Assembly (NCBI RefSeq): GCF_025961475.1 | Contig: NZ_JAOQNS010000009.1 | Location: forward strand, 22,587-86,586 | Direction of reading: 5' to 3' | Length of the DNA stretch: 64,000 nt | Source of the DNA: Rhodobium gokarnense | GTDB lineage: Bacteria; Pseudomonadota; Alphaproteobacteria; Rhizobiales; Rhodobiaceae | Shown: positions 24,193 to 38,000 of the stretch, in pieces | How the letters are laid out: each line of letters opens with the position of its first letter | Numbering within the stretch: position 1 is the stretch's first letter | Notes under the pieces: generated by a model | Database searches by the model: none | Told to the model about the DNA's origin: nothing | The model's input: only the letters and a program-made list of their open reading frames with translations | Program-made: the position numbers and the translations under genes

Positions 24193-24365
24193 ATCTCTTT
24201 GACGAGCGTCTCTTGGGAAAGACGGTCTCTGAGGACCCGGCAGCGGCCGCGTGAAGCCGCGGGGTGCGCCGTCGAGTGGGCGGAAACTATGCGCCGCCCG
24301 CGCGATAATCAAGAGCCTTGTTTCAAAAAAACGACAGCCCCTTGCCGCGGCACTTCGGCGCCCGT

Positions 24366-24785
24366 TCAGCGCTCCTCGTCGTCCTTGGAGACGTCGGGAA
24401 TGATGTCGTCGACGCTGTCGTCCTCGTCGTCTTCTTCCAGGAAGGTATCGTCGTCGTCATTGACGTCGACGTCGATGTCGGAGTCCTCGATCTCGGGGAC
24501 CGCCTCGCCGTCATCCTCGTCGTCGTTGTCGACGGTCTCGCCCTCGTCTTCCTCGGCGTCTTCCAGGGAGACCAGCTCGGCGTCCTCGGTCTCCGCGTCC
24601 TCTTCCTCGGATTCCTCCGGGTCGGGGTCTTTCTTGGCGGTCGCTTTGCTCGCCTTGGCCGCAACAACGGTCTGCTCGAACACCGCGCCGCATTTCGGGC
24701 AGGTGATCGGGTTCCGGTTGAGATCGTAATATTTGGTGCCGCAATCGGCGCACAGCCGCTTTGTGCCGAGTTCCGGTTTGGTCAC
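24366..24785 (-). CDS. FYDLN_acid family protein (zinc-ribbon N-terminus plus poly-acidic tail)
   Basis: GTG start; VTKPELGTKRLCADCGTKYYDLNRNPITCPKCG zinc ribbon followed by D/E-rich C-terminus, matching TIGR02300-type proteins. Confidence 0.75.
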   Translation of the reverse strand: MTKPELGTKRLCADCGTKYYDLNRNPITCPKCGAVFEQTVVAAKASKATAKKDPDPEESEEEDAETEDAELVSLEDAEEDEGETVDNDDEDDGEAVPEIEDSDIDVDVNDDDDTFLEEDDEDDSVDDIIPDVSKDDEER

Positions 24786-24960
24786 GTTAGAACCTCGTCG
24801 ATATAACAGCGCACGTGCTTTAAGGTGCGAAACGATCTGTGTCAAAAACAAATCTTTGCTGTCCGCACAAGCGGGAAATGGCGCGAACCACGCTTTTTTT
24901 GTGCGACGATCCGGGCCGAACGCCTCACGGTCGCGTGACCTTCCCGCCTTCGCGTGATAG

Positions 24961-27023
<2,063 letters not shown>

Positions 27024-27269
27024 GAAGGGAGCGCTGACCGGCGCGCCCTTATCGGCGTTATGTCATCGGGCGAGCGAAACGGGCCTCATGGTCCGGGCCG
27101 GTCACCGGTGCGGAGCGAGAATACGAATATCAATGGTCGCCCAGCGCCCGCAATTGCCGGCCCGCGTTTCAACGCGAATGCCCCGAATTGACTGGGGCCG
27201 GGTGCGCAGCGGCGACCGACGCAACGCCAACCGCCGGCATTTGAGGGCCAAAAGGCTCTGGGAGATTAG

Positions 27270-28976
27270 ATGAACGCGACCAACCCCACCCGTGAGGATT
27301 TTGCCGCTCTTCTGGAAGAGTCCCTCTCGGCGACGGACATGCTCGAAGGCACCGTCGTTAAGGGCAAGATTGTCGGATTTGAGAAGGATCTGGCGGTTAT
27401 CGACGTCGGCCTGAAGGTCGAGGGCCGTGTCCCCGCCAAGGAATTCGGCGCCCGCGCGCGCAATGGCGAGCTCAACGTCGGCGACGAAGTCGAGGTTTAC
27501 CTGGAACGCATCGAAAACGCGCTCGGCGAGGCCGTGCTGTCCCGTGACAAGGCTCGTCGCGAGGAAAGCTGGGTCCGCCTGGAAGCCGCGTTCGAGAAGA
27601 ACGAAAAGGTCACCGGCCAGATCTTCAACCAGGTCAAGGGCGGCTTCACCGTCGATCTGGATGGGGCCGTGGCCTTCCTGCCGCGCTCCCAGGTCGATAT
27701 CCGCCCGGTGCGCGACGTCGGCCCGCTGATGCACACCCCGCAGCCGTTCCAGATCCTGAAGATGGACAAGCGCCGCGGCAACATCGTCGTCTCGCGCCGC
27801 GTCGTGCTTGAGGAAAGCCGCGCCGAGCAGCGCCAGGAACTGGTCCAGAGCCTGGAAGAGGGTCAGGTCATCGAGGGCGTCGTCAAGAACATCACCGACT
27901 ACGGTGCGTTCGTCGACCTCGGCGGCATCGACGGCCTGCTGCACGTCACCGACATCGCCTGGCGCCGCATCAATCATCCCTCCGAGGTGCTGTCCATCGG
28001 CGAGACGGTCAAGGTGCAGATCATCCGCGTCAACCAGGAGACCCACCGCATCAGCCTCGGCATGAAGCAGCTCGAGGCCGACCCGTGGGATGGCATCGAG
28101 GCCAAGTATCCGGTCAACGCCAAGTTCACCGGCCGGGTCACCAACATCACCGACTACGGCGCGTTCGTGGAACTGGAGCCGGGCATCGAGGGCCTGATCC
28201 ACGTCTCGGAGATGTCCTGGACCAAGAAGAACATCCATCCGGGCAAGATCGTCTCCACCAGCCAGGAAGTCGAAGTGATGATCCTGGAAGTGGATGCTAC
28301 CAAGCGTCGCATCTCGCTCGGCCTCAAGCAGACCCTCGACAATCCGTGGTCGGTCTTCGCCGACGCCCATCCGGTCGGCAGCGTCGTCGAAGGCGAGGTC
28401 AAGAACAAGACCGAGTTCGGCCTGTTCATCGGCCTCGACGGCGACGTCGACGGCATGGTGCACCTGTCCGACCTGGACTGGAACCGTCCGGGCGAGCAGG
28501 TCATCGAGGAGTTCCGCAAGGGCGACATGGTCAAGGCCCAGGTCCTCGACGTCGATGTCGACAAGGAGCGCATCTCCCTCGGCATCAAGCAGCTCGGCGG
28601 CGATCCCTTCGCCGAGGCGAGCGGCGAGCTGCACCGCGGTGCGGTCGTCACCTGCGAGGTCACCGAGGTCAAGGAGAACGGCCTGGAAGTCAGCGTCGTC
28701 GGCTCCGACCTGTCGGCCTTCATCCGCCGCGGCGAACTGGCCCGCGACCGCTCCGAGCAGCGTCCGGAACGCTTCGCCGTCGGCGAGAAGTTCGACGCCC
28801 GCATCACCCAGTTCGACAAGAAGGCGCGCCGCATGGCCGTCTCCATCAAGGCCCTGGAAGTGGCCGAGGAGAAGGAGGCGATCGCGCAGTTCGGCTCCAC
28901 CGACTCCGGCGCTTCGCTCGGCGACATCCTGGGTGCGGCCCTCAACAAGGCCCGTGAGGACAGCGACGAGGAATAG
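27270..28976 (+). CDS. rpsA: 30S ribosomal protein S1
   Basis: 568 aa; six S1 repeats (GxV.G.V..I...GAFV.L). Confidence 0.97.
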   Translation: MNATNPTREDFAALLEESLSATDMLEGTVVKGKIVGFEKDLAVIDVGLKVEGRVPAKEFGARARNGELNVGDEVEVYLERIENALGEAVLSRDKARREESWVRLEAAFEKNEKVTGQIFNQVKGGFTVDLDGAVAFLPRSQVDIRPVRDVGPLMHTPQPFQILKMDKRRGNIVVSRRVVLEESRAEQRQELVQSLEEGQVIEGVVKNITDYGAFVDLGGIDGLLHVTDIAWRRINHPSEVLSIGETVKVQIIRVNQETHRISLGMKQLEADPWDGIEAKYPVNAKFTGRVTNITDYGAFVELEPGIEGLIHVSEMSWTKKNIHPGKIVSTSQEVEVMILEVDATKRRISLGLKQTLDNPWSVFADAHPVGSVVEGEVKNKTEFGLFIGLDGDVDGMVHLSDLDWNRPGEQVIEEFRKGDMVKAQVLDVDVDKERISLGIKQLGGDPFAEASGELHRGAVVTCEVTEVKENGLEVSVVGSDLSAFIRRGELARDRSEQRPERFAVGEKFDARITQFDKKARRMAVSIKALEVAEEKEAIAQFGSTDSGASLGDILGAALNKAREDSDEE

Positions 28977-29023
28977 GTCCCGTCGTTGCCGGGTTGACCC
29001 CCGGATATTCAAGGAAACGATTA

Positions 29024-29050
29024 AAGGCCTGTTTCGACGGGCCTTTTTTC
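29024..29050 (+). terminator. putative Rho-independent terminator after rpsA
   Basis: short hairpin aggcc-tgtttcgacg-ggcct followed by T6. Confidence 0.45.
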
Positions 29051-29129
29051 GTGTATGGTGGCGCCTTGTCATTGCAGGTCGCGGGCTGAGGTCGCCCGCG
29101 GCGTCTTACCGGTTCGGGATGCGGAACCC

Positions 29130-30134
29130 ATGATCGATGCCGACCTGATCGTCGACCGCCGCCGTTTGCGGCGTAAGCTCGCCCTGTGGCGGGTGATCGG
29201 CGTCGTCGCGGTGGCCGCGCTCATCGCCGGCATCGTCGTCTATGCCACCGGCATCGGCGACGTCGCCGGCCGCAGCCGTTCCCATATCGCGCGCATTTCC
29301 ATTTCCGGCCTGATCACCGACGACCGCGCCAAGCGCGAGCTGATCGAAAAGGTCGGCAAAAGCGATGCGGTGAAGGCGGTGATCGTCTCCATCAACAGCC
29401 CCGGCGGCACCACCGTCGGCGGCGAGGCGCTCTACGAGGCGCTGAGGAAGCTCGGCGAAAGGAAGCCGGTGGTCGCTCATATCGGCACCGTCGGCGCCTC
29501 GGCCGGCTATATGGTGGCGCTGGCAACGGACCACATCGTCGCCCGCCGCGCTGCGCTGACCGGCTCCATCGGCGTCATTATCCAGTTCGGCGAGGCCTCA
29601 AAGCTGCTCGATACGATCGGCATTTCCGTCGACGAGGTGAAGAGCTCACCGCTGAAGGCGACGCCCAACTTCTACAAGCCGGCGAGCGAGGAAGCGCGCC
29701 AGGTCCTGAAAGACGTCGTCGACGACAGCTATGACTGGTTCGTCGACCTGGTGCGCGAGCGCCGCAACATGACGCCTGCACGTGCAATCACGCTCGCCGA
29801 CGGACGCATCTATTCCGGCGCCCAGGCCCGGGAAAACGGCCTCATCGATGCCATCGGCGGCGAGGACGTCGCCATTTCCTGGCTCGAGACGGACCGCAAT
29901 GTCGCCCCGGATCTGCCGGTGCGCGACTGGAAAAAGGACGAGGGAATTAACGACCTTCCCTTTTCCGCCGCAGTTATGCAAAAGTTTGCATGGTTGCTCG
30001 GCGACACGGCAGCCGCAACGCTCGGACGCGAACTCGGGCTGTTCCGCGACGGTGCGCCGCTTGACGGCCTAATCTCCGTTTGGCAGCCTTCCACCACAAC
30101 ACAAAACAATGAAAGCCAGGGGGCACCTCGATGA
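29130..30134 (+). CDS. sppA: signal peptide peptidase SppA (36K type)
   Basis: Start [12 protein letters not shown], one TM then S49 peptidase sequence (SINSPGGT... GASAGYMVA). Confidence 0.85.
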   Translation: MIDADLIVDRRRLRRKLALWRVIGVVAVAALIAGIVVYATGIGDVAGRSRSHIARISISGLITDDRAKRELIEKVGKSDAVKAVIVSINSPGGTTVGGEALYEALRKLGERKPVVAHIGTVGASAGYMVALATDHIVARRAALTGSIGVIIQFGEASKLLDTIGISVDEVKSSPLKATPNFYKPASEEARQVLKDVVDDSYDWFVDLVRERRNMTPARAITLADGRIYSGAQARENGLIDAIGGEDVAISWLETDRNVAPDLPVRDWKKDEGINDLPFSAAVMQKFAWLLGDTAAATLGRELGLFRDGAPLDGLISVWQPSTTTQNNESQGAPR

Positions 30135-30427
30135 TCAAGTCGGAGCTGGTCCAGCGGATCGCCGCACAGAATCCGCACCTTTACCAGCGAGACGTGGAGA
30201 AGATCGTCAACGCGATCCTCGACGAGGTGGTCGAGGCGCTGATGCGCGGCGACCGCGTCGAATTGCGCGGCTTCGGGGCCTTTTCGGTCAAGAACCGGCC
30301 GGCCAGGGTCGGCCGCAATCCGCGCACCGGGGAAAAGGTGAGCGTTACCGAGAAATACGTGCCGTTCTTCAAGACCGGCAAGGAGATGCGGGAGCGTCTG
30401 AACGGCGGCTCGGCCGGGGACGAGTGA
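30131..30427 (+). CDS. ihfB: integration host factor subunit beta
   Basis: 98 aa; [11 protein letters not shown]...[34 protein letters not shown] fold, beta-type. Confidence 0.93.
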   Translation: MIKSELVQRIAAQNPHLYQRDVEKIVNAILDEVVEALMRGDRVELRGFGAFSVKNRPARVGRNPRTGEKVSVTEKYVPFFKTGKEMRERLNGGSAGDE

Positions 30428-30470
30428 AGCCGCCCCTATTGTCCTGTTATCAAGATAAGGAACTGGTCCT

Positions 30471-30824
30471 TTGAAACGATTGCTGTGGCTCCTGGTGGCG
30501 ATCCCGGTCGGCATCGTCGTCGTCGTGGTGGCTGTTGCCAACCGGCAATTGGTGACCCTGTCGCTCGATCCCTTCGCGACGGACGCTCCGGCGCTGGTCG
30601 TCACCCTCCCGCTTTACATGTATCTGTTTGCCGCGCTGTTCGCCGGCCTCATCCTTGGCGGCGTCGGCGCCTGGATGAAGCAGGGCCGCTGGCGCCGCGA
30701 GGCCCGCGAGCGCCGCTATGAGGCGGTGCACTGGCACAAGGAGGCCGACCAGCTCCGCGAGGAGAAGGAACGCGCCCGGCCGGGTCCGGCCCTGCCGTCT
30801 CCGTCAAATCGCCGGGCGGCCTGA
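30471..30824 (+). CDS. LapA-family protein (DUF1049, LPS assembly protein A-like)
   Basis: 117 aa, two N-terminal TM helices, location immediately after ihfB as in many Proteobacteria. Confidence 0.65.
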   Translation: MKRLLWLLVAIPVGIVVVVVAVANRQLVTLSLDPFATDAPALVVTLPLYMYLFAALFAGLILGGVGAWMKQGRWRREARERRYEAVHWHKEADQLREEKERARPGPALPSPSNRRAA

Positions 30825-31100
30825 CCTGACCCGGGGCAACATGGCCCCGCGCGCTTGCGACAGGACATTTCTTGAAGGAACGGGCGCTCGCAATTGCCGC
30901 GAGCGTCCCTTTCGTCGCGTGCCGATGACGGCATAGCGCCGTCCGCGCGGCGCCAGGCGGCACGGCGAAATTGCAGCGCCGCGCGCTGCCACCGCTGTTC
31001 TTAATCAAAAAATCGCAAAGCCCGCCAAAGGCCGGTTCTTTTGGCGGAATAAACCGGCTAGGCTCCCTGCACTTCCGAAACACCCGGGTGGAGGGACCCT

Positions 31101-32900
31101 ATGGTTGGCGTCGTTATCGGATTTCTGGCCCTTGGCGTGGGCATCTACCTCTTGTTTCGCGGTGGCGGATCGACGACCCAGCCAACCACCTCCCAGGGAC
31201 GGCTCGGACGAACGCTTGCCGCCCTCGGGCGCCGCGGCCTCGGCATCGTGCTCGCCGCCGTCGGCCTCTTCCTCCTCGCCTCCACCTCCTTCGTCTATGT
31301 CGACCCGGACGGCGTCGGCCACCTGAAGCGCATCTATGCCTTCGAGGAGCTGCCGCGCGGCCGCATCGTCGCGCTGGAGGGCGAAAAGGGTCCCCAGGCG
31401 GATATCCTCGGCCCCGGCTTCCATTTCATCCCCTTCGTGCGCGTCCTCTACGACTATGAGGAATTCGAGGTCCTGACCGTCCCGGAGGGCTACTACGGGC
31501 AGATCAAGGCCAATGACGGCCTGCCGATGCCGAGCGGCATGTACATCGCGCCGGCCTTCCCGGACGACAAGACCGAGGGCATGCTGGACGCCAAGACGTT
31601 CCTGACCTCCGGCGGCTACAAGGGACCGCAGGAGACGGTCCTGAAGCCCGGCCGCTACCGCCTCAACCGCTACCTGTTCGACGTGCGCGTCACCGAGGCG
31701 ACCGAGGCGACGATCATCCCCAAGGGGTTCGTCGGCGTCGTCAAGTCGAACGTCGCCGCGCCCGGCATCGATTGCCATGAGGAGGTGGTCGCGACCGACG
31801 CCGCCCGCGGCGCGCTGACCGTGCCGCTGGTGCCCCGCGGCTGCGTCGGCATCTGGAAGGAGCCGCTTCTCCCCGGCGCCTACTACCTCAACCGCCAGGC
31901 CTATGAGGTGACGCTGGTCGACGTGCGGGTCCAGACCTGGGAATACAAGGGCGGCTACGTCAAGCGCATCATCGACCTCTCCGTCGACCAGGAGGGCAAC
32001 ATCCAGCAGGTCGAGCGCCAGGTCACCGAGGCGATCCCGCCGAACGCCGCCGACAAGGCCGTCTTCGTCAAGGTCGAAGGCTGGGACATCCCGCTGGAGC
32101 TGCGCGCCCTCGTCCAGGTCAGCCCCGACCACGCGCCGATCGTCGTCGGCTCCGTCGGCGGTCTGGAAGAGATCGAGAACCGCATCCTGACGCCTGCGAT
32201 CAGGTCCATCGTGCGCAACGTCGCCGGCTCCACCGTGCGCGTGCCGATCAAGGAGGAGGGCGGCGGCATCGCCGTGCCGATCGAATACGAGGTCCGGCCG
32301 ACCCGCGTCCTCGACCTCATCGAGAACCGCGAGGCGCTGGAGGAGACGATCGAGGCCAAGATCAAGATCGAGGGCGACAAGGCTGGCGTCGACATCCGCG
32401 AGATCCGCCTCGGCGAGCCGGCGATCCCGCCGGAGCTCCTGGTCTCGCGCCTGCGGGTCCAGCTCGCCGACCAGCTCTCCAAGGCCTATGACCGCGAGAC
32501 GGCGGCCCAGCAGAAGCGCATCGAGACCGAGCAGGCCCGCTCCACCGCCAACGAGCAGCCCCGCCTCGTCCAGGCCCAGATCGCCGTCAAGGTCGCCAAC
32601 CAGCGCGAACAGGAGCGCGAGGCTTTGGGCCGCGCGGAACGCAAGTTCCTGGAAGAACTCGCCAAGGGCCAGATGGCCCAGGCCAACGTCCTCGGCCAGG
32701 ACCGGGTTGCGCTCCTGCAGGCCCTCGACAAGGTGCTCGGCAGCCTGGAGAGGAAACCCGAACTCGTCCAGATCGTCGGCAAGCTTGTGCCGAACACGGT
32801 GGTCGGCAACTCATCGGGTTTGGCCGGCGCCGCCGCCATCTTCGGCTCCAATTTCGGACAGGCGACCAGGGAGATCCCGACCGGCGCCGGAGGACGGTGA
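31101..32900 (+). CDS. SPFH/band-7 domain protein, flotillin-like
   Basis: 599 aa; N-terminal TM helices, SPFH-like region (SFVYVDPDGVGHLKRIYAF...GFHFIPFVRV), long E/A/Q/R-rich coiled-coil C-terminus as in YqiK/FloT. Confidence 0.6.
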   Translation: MVGVVIGFLALGVGIYLLFRGGGSTTQPTTSQGRLGRTLAALGRRGLGIVLAAVGLFLLASTSFVYVDPDGVGHLKRIYAFEELPRGRIVALEGEKGPQADILGPGFHFIPFVRVLYDYEEFEVLTVPEGYYGQIKANDGLPMPSGMYIAPAFPDDKTEGMLDAKTFLTSGGYKGPQETVLKPGRYRLNRYLFDVRVTEATEATIIPKGFVGVVKSNVAAPGIDCHEEVVATDAARGALTVPLVPRGCVGIWKEPLLPGAYYLNRQAYEVTLVDVRVQTWEYKGGYVKRIIDLSVDQEGNIQQVERQVTEAIPPNAADKAVFVKVEGWDIPLELRALVQVSPDHAPIVVGSVGGLEEIENRILTPAIRSIVRNVAGSTVRVPIKEEGGGIAVPIEYEVRPTRVLDLIENREALEETIEAKIKIEGDKAGVDIREIRLGEPAIPPELLVSRLRVQLADQLSKAYDRETAAQQKRIETEQARSTANEQPRLVQAQIAVKVANQREQEREALGRAERKFLEELAKGQMAQANVLGQDRVALLQALDKVLGSLERKPELVQIVGKLVPNTVVGNSSGLAGAAAIFGSNFGQATREIPTGAGGR

Positions 32901-32923
32901 CCGGCCGAGAGTCGCCCAAACGA

Positions 32924-33665
32924 CGTCATCGCGAGCGCAGCGAAGCGATCCAGTGCGGCGTTTGAGGGTGGTCCCGACGCTCACCACACCCTCCTCCGTC
33001 ACCCCGGACTTGATCCGGGGCCTATTGCCCACCTCGATGCGGTAGCCCGTCGCGGTTCTTGATGTGACCCACGCCAAGGCCAAGTGCTCTCAACAAACGG
33101 CATACCGCGTTGGCAGGGGCAATAGGCCCCGGCTCGGGGGCCGGGGTGACGACTGAGTGTTGGGCACGCGGGGTGCGCCCCAAGCTAACACGGAGCCTGC
33201 TGCCGACGCCCTATGGATTGCCGCGTCGGCCTTACGGCCTCCTCGCAATGACGTTGAAAAAACGAGGAAAATCTCTCTACCGTCATTGCGAGTGCAGCGA
33301 AGCGATCCAGTGCGGCATTTGAGGAGTGACCCCGGTGACCGCCACACCCTCTTCCGTCACCCCGGACTTGATCCGGGGCCTATTGCCCACCTCGACGCGG
33401 TAGCCCGTCGCGGTTCTTGATGTGACGCACGCCAAGGCCAAGTGCTCTCAACAAACGGCATACCGCGTTGGCAGGGACAATAGGCCCCGGCTCGGGGGCC
33501 GGGGTGACGGCTGAGTGATGGGCACGCGGGGCACGCCCCAAGTTAACACGGAGCCCGCTGCCAACGCCCTATGGATTGCCGCGTCGGCCTGTCGGCCTCC
33601 TCGCAATGACGTTGAAAATACGAGGAAAATCTCTCTACCGTCATTGCGAGCGCAGCGAAGCAATC
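32924..33665. repeat. tandem duplication (period about 357 bp, about 2.1 copies) of composite repeat containing MITE-like palindromic element
   Basis: unit starts cgtcat(c/t)gcgag(c/t)gcagcgaagcgatccagtgcggc at 32924, 33281, 33639 (partial); each full unit contains an about 180-bp element with about 34-bp inverted termini (gtcaccccggacttgatccggggcctattgccc ... gggcaataggccccggctcgggggccggggtgac). Confidence 0.9.
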
Positions 33666-33762
33666 CAGTACGGCCTCGCCGCCATCGATCCGTTCAAGGA
33701 AAAAACAAAGGGCGCCGCGATTGCCGCAGCGCCCTTCTTGATCGAATAGGCCGAACGCCGGA

Positions 33763-34443
33763 TCAGGCCATCTTGTCGACCGTCGCGCCGGGGCCGGCGG
33801 CCGACGGGCTCTCATTGGCCTCGCCGCTCTCCGGCGCACCGGCGTCGTTCGCTGCTTCCGCGGGGGCCTCGCTCGCTTCCGGCTTCGGCGCCTTGGGGCC
33901 GCCCTTGGCAACGCCGACCATCGCCGGGCGCAGCACGCGTTCGCCGATGACGTAGCCGGACTGCACGACCTGCACCACGGTGCCGCTCGGCACGTCGGGG
34001 TTCGGCACCTCGAACATCGCCTGGTGCAGGTTGGGATCGAACTTCTCGCCGGCCGGGTCGAGCTTCTTGACGCCATGCTTTTCCAGCGTCTTCAGCATGT
34101 CCCGTTCCGTCATCTCCACGCCCTCAAGCAGACCCGAGAACGCCGCATCGGCGCCCTCGCGCGCTTCCGCGCCGACGGCATCGAGCGCCCGGCGCAGGTT
34201 GTCGCTGACGGTCAGCATGTCGCGCGCAAAGCTGGAGGCGGCGTAGTCGCGCGCATCGCGCAGCTCCTTGCCGGTCCGCTTGCGCAGGTTCTCCATCTCC
34301 GCCAGGGTCCGAAGGAGCTGGTCCTTCAGCTTGGCGTTTTCCTCGCTGAGCGCTGCGGCCGGATCGGCCGCATCCGCCTCCGGCTGCGCGGCGGTGTCGT
34401 CCGCAGCCTCGGTCTCGGGGGTCTTTCCCGTCTCGTCACTCAT
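33763..34443 (-). CDS. grpE: nucleotide exchange factor GrpE
   Basis: 226 aa; ...[19 protein letters not shown]... and C-terminal beta domain typical of GrpE. Confidence 0.93.
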   Translation of the reverse strand: MSDETGKTPETEAADDTAAQPEADAADPAAALSEENAKLKDQLLRTLAEMENLRKRTGKELRDARDYAASSFARDMLTVSDNLRRALDAVGAEAREGADAAFSGLLEGVEMTERDMLKTLEKHGVKKLDPAGEKFDPNLHQAMFEVPNPDVPSGTVVQVVQSGYVIGERVLRPAMVGVAKGGPKAPKPEASEAPAEAANDAGAPESGEANESPSAAGPGATVDKMA

Positions 34444-34638
34444 TGCAGTCCTCTTCGGGGTCCGCGTCCGGAGCCCTCTTTAAGCGGTGTCGGCGTATGA
34501 GCCCGTCCGTTGTTGAATATCCGGGTCGCGATATGCGGTCTCGGCCCGCCTCCGTCAAGGTTTGGCCACAAAAAGACACGGCAAAACCCGGGTCGGCGGG
34601 CCGGCCCGGGCAGCGACAGGCTGAACTGGAAGCCGGGA

Positions 34639-34959
34639 TCAGACGGCGCCGTTGATCCAGTCGAGGAGGCGGCCCTTCGGCTGGGCGCCGACCTGCATGG
34701 AGGCGGGCTCGCCGTCCTTGAACAGGATCAGCGTCGGGATGGAGCGCACCCCGTATTTGATCGCCGTGTTCGGGTTCTCGTCGATGTTCAGCTTCGCCAC
34801 CTTGACCTTGCCGGCCATCTCGGTGGCGATTTCCTCAAGCGCCGGCGCGATCATCTTGCACGGGCCGCACCATTCGGCCCAGAAGTCGACGACAACCGGC
34901 TCCGACGATTTCAGGACGTCGGCCTCAAAGGTCGAATCGGTGATTTTTTCGGTCGTCAT
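34639..34959 (-). CDS. trxA: thioredoxin
   Basis: 106 aa; WAEWCGPCK active site. Confidence 0.97.
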   Translation of the reverse strand: MTTEKITDSTFEADVLKSSEPVVVDFWAEWCGPCKMIAPALEEIATEMAGKVKVAKLNIDENPNTAIKYGVRSIPTLILFKDGEPASMQVGAQPKGRLLDWINGAV

Positions 34960-35077
34960 GGGTGTCCTTCTTTCATGGCTTGCATCATGCGCGAGGCATG
35001 TCGCTCATTAGTTGGTTCGAAAGTAAGAACGCCGGACCGGAGCGTCAAGCACGGGCATTTCCGAAAAAGCGCGATCT

Positions 35078-38000
35078 TCAGGAAAGGATTTCGCCGGATC
35101 CCCCGGCTCTGAGCCGCTGGAGCGCGGCATCGAGCCGCGCCGCCTCGAGTTCGACAAGCGCCGGACCGGCGGTCCACAGGAGCGCGGCGCGGACCGTGCG
35201 TCCCGGATAGAGCGCCGACAGCACATGCCGGTAGAGCGCGAGCTGGACCACATAGTCCTCCGGGATCGCCGAATCGCCCGGCACCTCCCGGTTGGTCTTG
35301 TAGTCGACGATGAGCACGGCGTTGTCCGTCGCAATCAAACGGTCGATCTGGCCGGAGATCGAGAGCGTCTCGCCGCCATCGGTCCGAAGCGTGCCGACGA
35401 TGGCGACTTCGGCCCGTCCCTCGGACGCAAAGACGTGGCGGAAGTCGGGATGGTCGAGGACCGAAAAGACCTCCGCGATGAGCCCCGCCCGGTCGGACTC
35501 CCCGAGATCCGGCGCGAGTTTCTCGAGCATCTTTGCCGTCATCTCCGGCCGCCTTTCTTCGGCAGGCCCCGGCAGGTGCTGCAGCAGCAGATGGACCAGC
35601 CGGCCGCGCTGCAGCGCGTCGATGCCGGGCGAAAGCGCGGCCGCCATCGCTTCCTGGGAGAGCCTGTTCTCATCCGCGGGCGGCGCGGAGGTGCCGCCGA
35701 AGGCGCGCGAGGGCGCGAGCGGTCGGATGCGCGGCGGCGGCGGAGCGGGCGTCGTCAACCAGTCGGGCCGCGGCACGGCAGGCACTGCCTCCGCCTCGTC
35801 GCCGGTTGCTTCCCGGGGCGGCGCGTCAATCTTGCGCCAGCGCCAGGCGGTCACCGCGCCCTCGGTATCCCGGATCTCCTCGGCCTCCGGCGAGAGCGAT
35901 GCCTCGATGACCCGGTGCCAGATGGTGTCCGGCGGCGTCCGCGTGCCGCGATAGCCGCAGACGATCAGCCGGTCGCGCGCGCGCGTCATCGCCACATAGA
36001 GGAGCCGGCGGTATTCGTCCTCCTGGTCGCCCTTGTAGGCATCGATGGCGGCCCGGTGCCAGTCCGTCGAAGCCGGTTTGCCGGGCGTCCACACCGGTGC
36101 CTCGATGCTGCGTCCGCCGACCGTCAGCTCGCGCTGGAGGATCTTCGGCGCGTGGGCATGGCTGAACGGCGCGGAAGCGGGATCGACGAGGAAGACGACC
36201 GGCGCCTCCAGCCCCTTGGCGCCGTGGACGGTCATGATCCGCACCTCGCGCGCGACAGAATCCTGCTGGCGCTTGATCTCGGTCGGCGTCAGCGACAGCC
36301 ACGACAGGAACCCCTGAAGGCTCGGCGTCTGGGTTTCCTCGAAGGACAGCGCCAGCGCCAGGAACGCGTCGAGCACCTCGTCGACCTCTGCGCCGAGCCG
36401 GCCGCGGAATTTCGCCCGCCCGCCGAAGGGGCCGAGGATGTCGGCGAAGAACTCGTAAGGCGGCACCCGGTCGGCCCGGCCGATGGCGCGGGCAAGCAGC
36501 CCGTGGCCCGCGGCGAATTGCGGCTCCTTGCGCCGAGCGAACAGGGCCTCGGCAAGGCTCGCATCCCGGTCGTGGCCAAGGTCGAAGAGGGTCTCTTCGT
36601 CGAAGCCGACGAGCGGGCTTTTCAGCACCTCGGCAAGGGAAAGGTCGTCGGCCGGCAGGAGCGCGGCGCGGCCGAGCGAGATCAGGTCCATGACCGCGAT
36701 GTGGTCGGTGACGGCAAGCCGGTCGGAGCCGGCGGCCGGCACCTGCCGGTCCTTCAGCGCCCGGTTCAGCGCATCGACGAAGGCCCCGCGCTTGCGCACA
36801 AGCACCAGCACGTCGCCGGGGGTAATCCGCCGTCCCGTGCCTTCCAGCCGCGCGCCGGAGGCGATCCAGCCGGCGACAGTGTCGGCGATGCGCTCGGCCA
36901 ATCGCCGCGCCGGCTCCGCCGGGCCCTCATGGTCGAGCGGCTCGGTCCAGTCCTCCGGTTCGGTGACGGTCTCCGCCTCCATCAGCGGCCAGACCTCGAC
37001 GAGGCCCGGATCGCCCCGCCGGATCGCCTCGTGGATCGGCGCGGCGGGCGGCTCCGATAGCCCTTCATGGTGTTCCGGCGCGGCAAAGACCGTATCGACG
37101 GCGGCGAGCACATCGGGCGAGGACCGGAACGACAGGTTCAGCCGCTCGTCATGGAAGGCGAGGCCGGCGTCCCGTGCCGCCCGCCCGAAGGCCTTGCGCT
37201 TTTCGCCGAAGAGGCGGGGGGCGGCGCCCTGGAACGAATAGATCGACTGCTTTTCGTCGCCGACGGCAAAGACCGTCGGCGGCCGCTCGCGCCGCCCTTC
37301 GCCGGAAAAGAAGTCGCCGACGAGCTGGGTGATGACGTCCCATTGCCGGGGGCTGGTGTCCTGGCCTTCGTCGACCAGCACGTGATCGAGGCCGAGGTCG
37401 AGCTTGTACTGCACCCAGCGCGCGGCCTCCGACGAGGAGAGGAGGTCGGCGGTGCGCGAGACGAGGTCATCGAAGTCGAGGAGCCCGAGGGCGGCCTTCC
37501 TGGCCTCGTAGCGGGCGATGACCGCCTCCGCGAGCCGGGAGATCGCGGCGGTCGCCTCCACCGTGATCGCGGCGCGATACCGGTCGAGGACGTCCCCCAG
37601 CCGCTCGCACTCGGCCCCCAGCCGCTCTTCCAGGTCGGGAAAGACGTCCTTGATCGCCTTGGTGGCGAATCCCCTTGCCGTGCGCGGGCTTTCGTTCTGC
37701 GTGAAAAAGACCTGCGTCCACGCTGCGAGTTTGGCTTCCGGATCGTGCTCGCCAAGGGCGGCCCTGAGGCGGTCCAGAAGCTTGGCATCGGTCGCCTTGT
37801 CGGAGGCTTCAAGCTCCGGCAATAGACCGGCGAGGAACCCGGACGAGAACGCCTGCGATTGGTCGGCCTCTGCCGCGATGGCGCGCGGCGTTTGGCCGGA
37901 CTCAAGCCCGAAATCTGCGGCGAGCGCGGCGATCCCCGCGTCGAGCGAGCCGGACGCTGCGATGAAGCGCGACAGGGTCTCGCGTTTCGCCACAAGTTCG

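Noticed and set aside
32924-33665. Possible CRISPR array
   Set aside because: Repeat period is about 357 bp with no short unique spacers and no cas genes. It is a tandem duplication of a MITE-containing unit.
33763-34443. Expected hrcA partner upstream of grpE
   Set aside because: Looked for hrcA next to grpE, but the upstream neighbour is trxA. No HrcA-like ORF or obvious CIRCE element (TTAGCACTC-N9-GAGTGCTAA) was seen.
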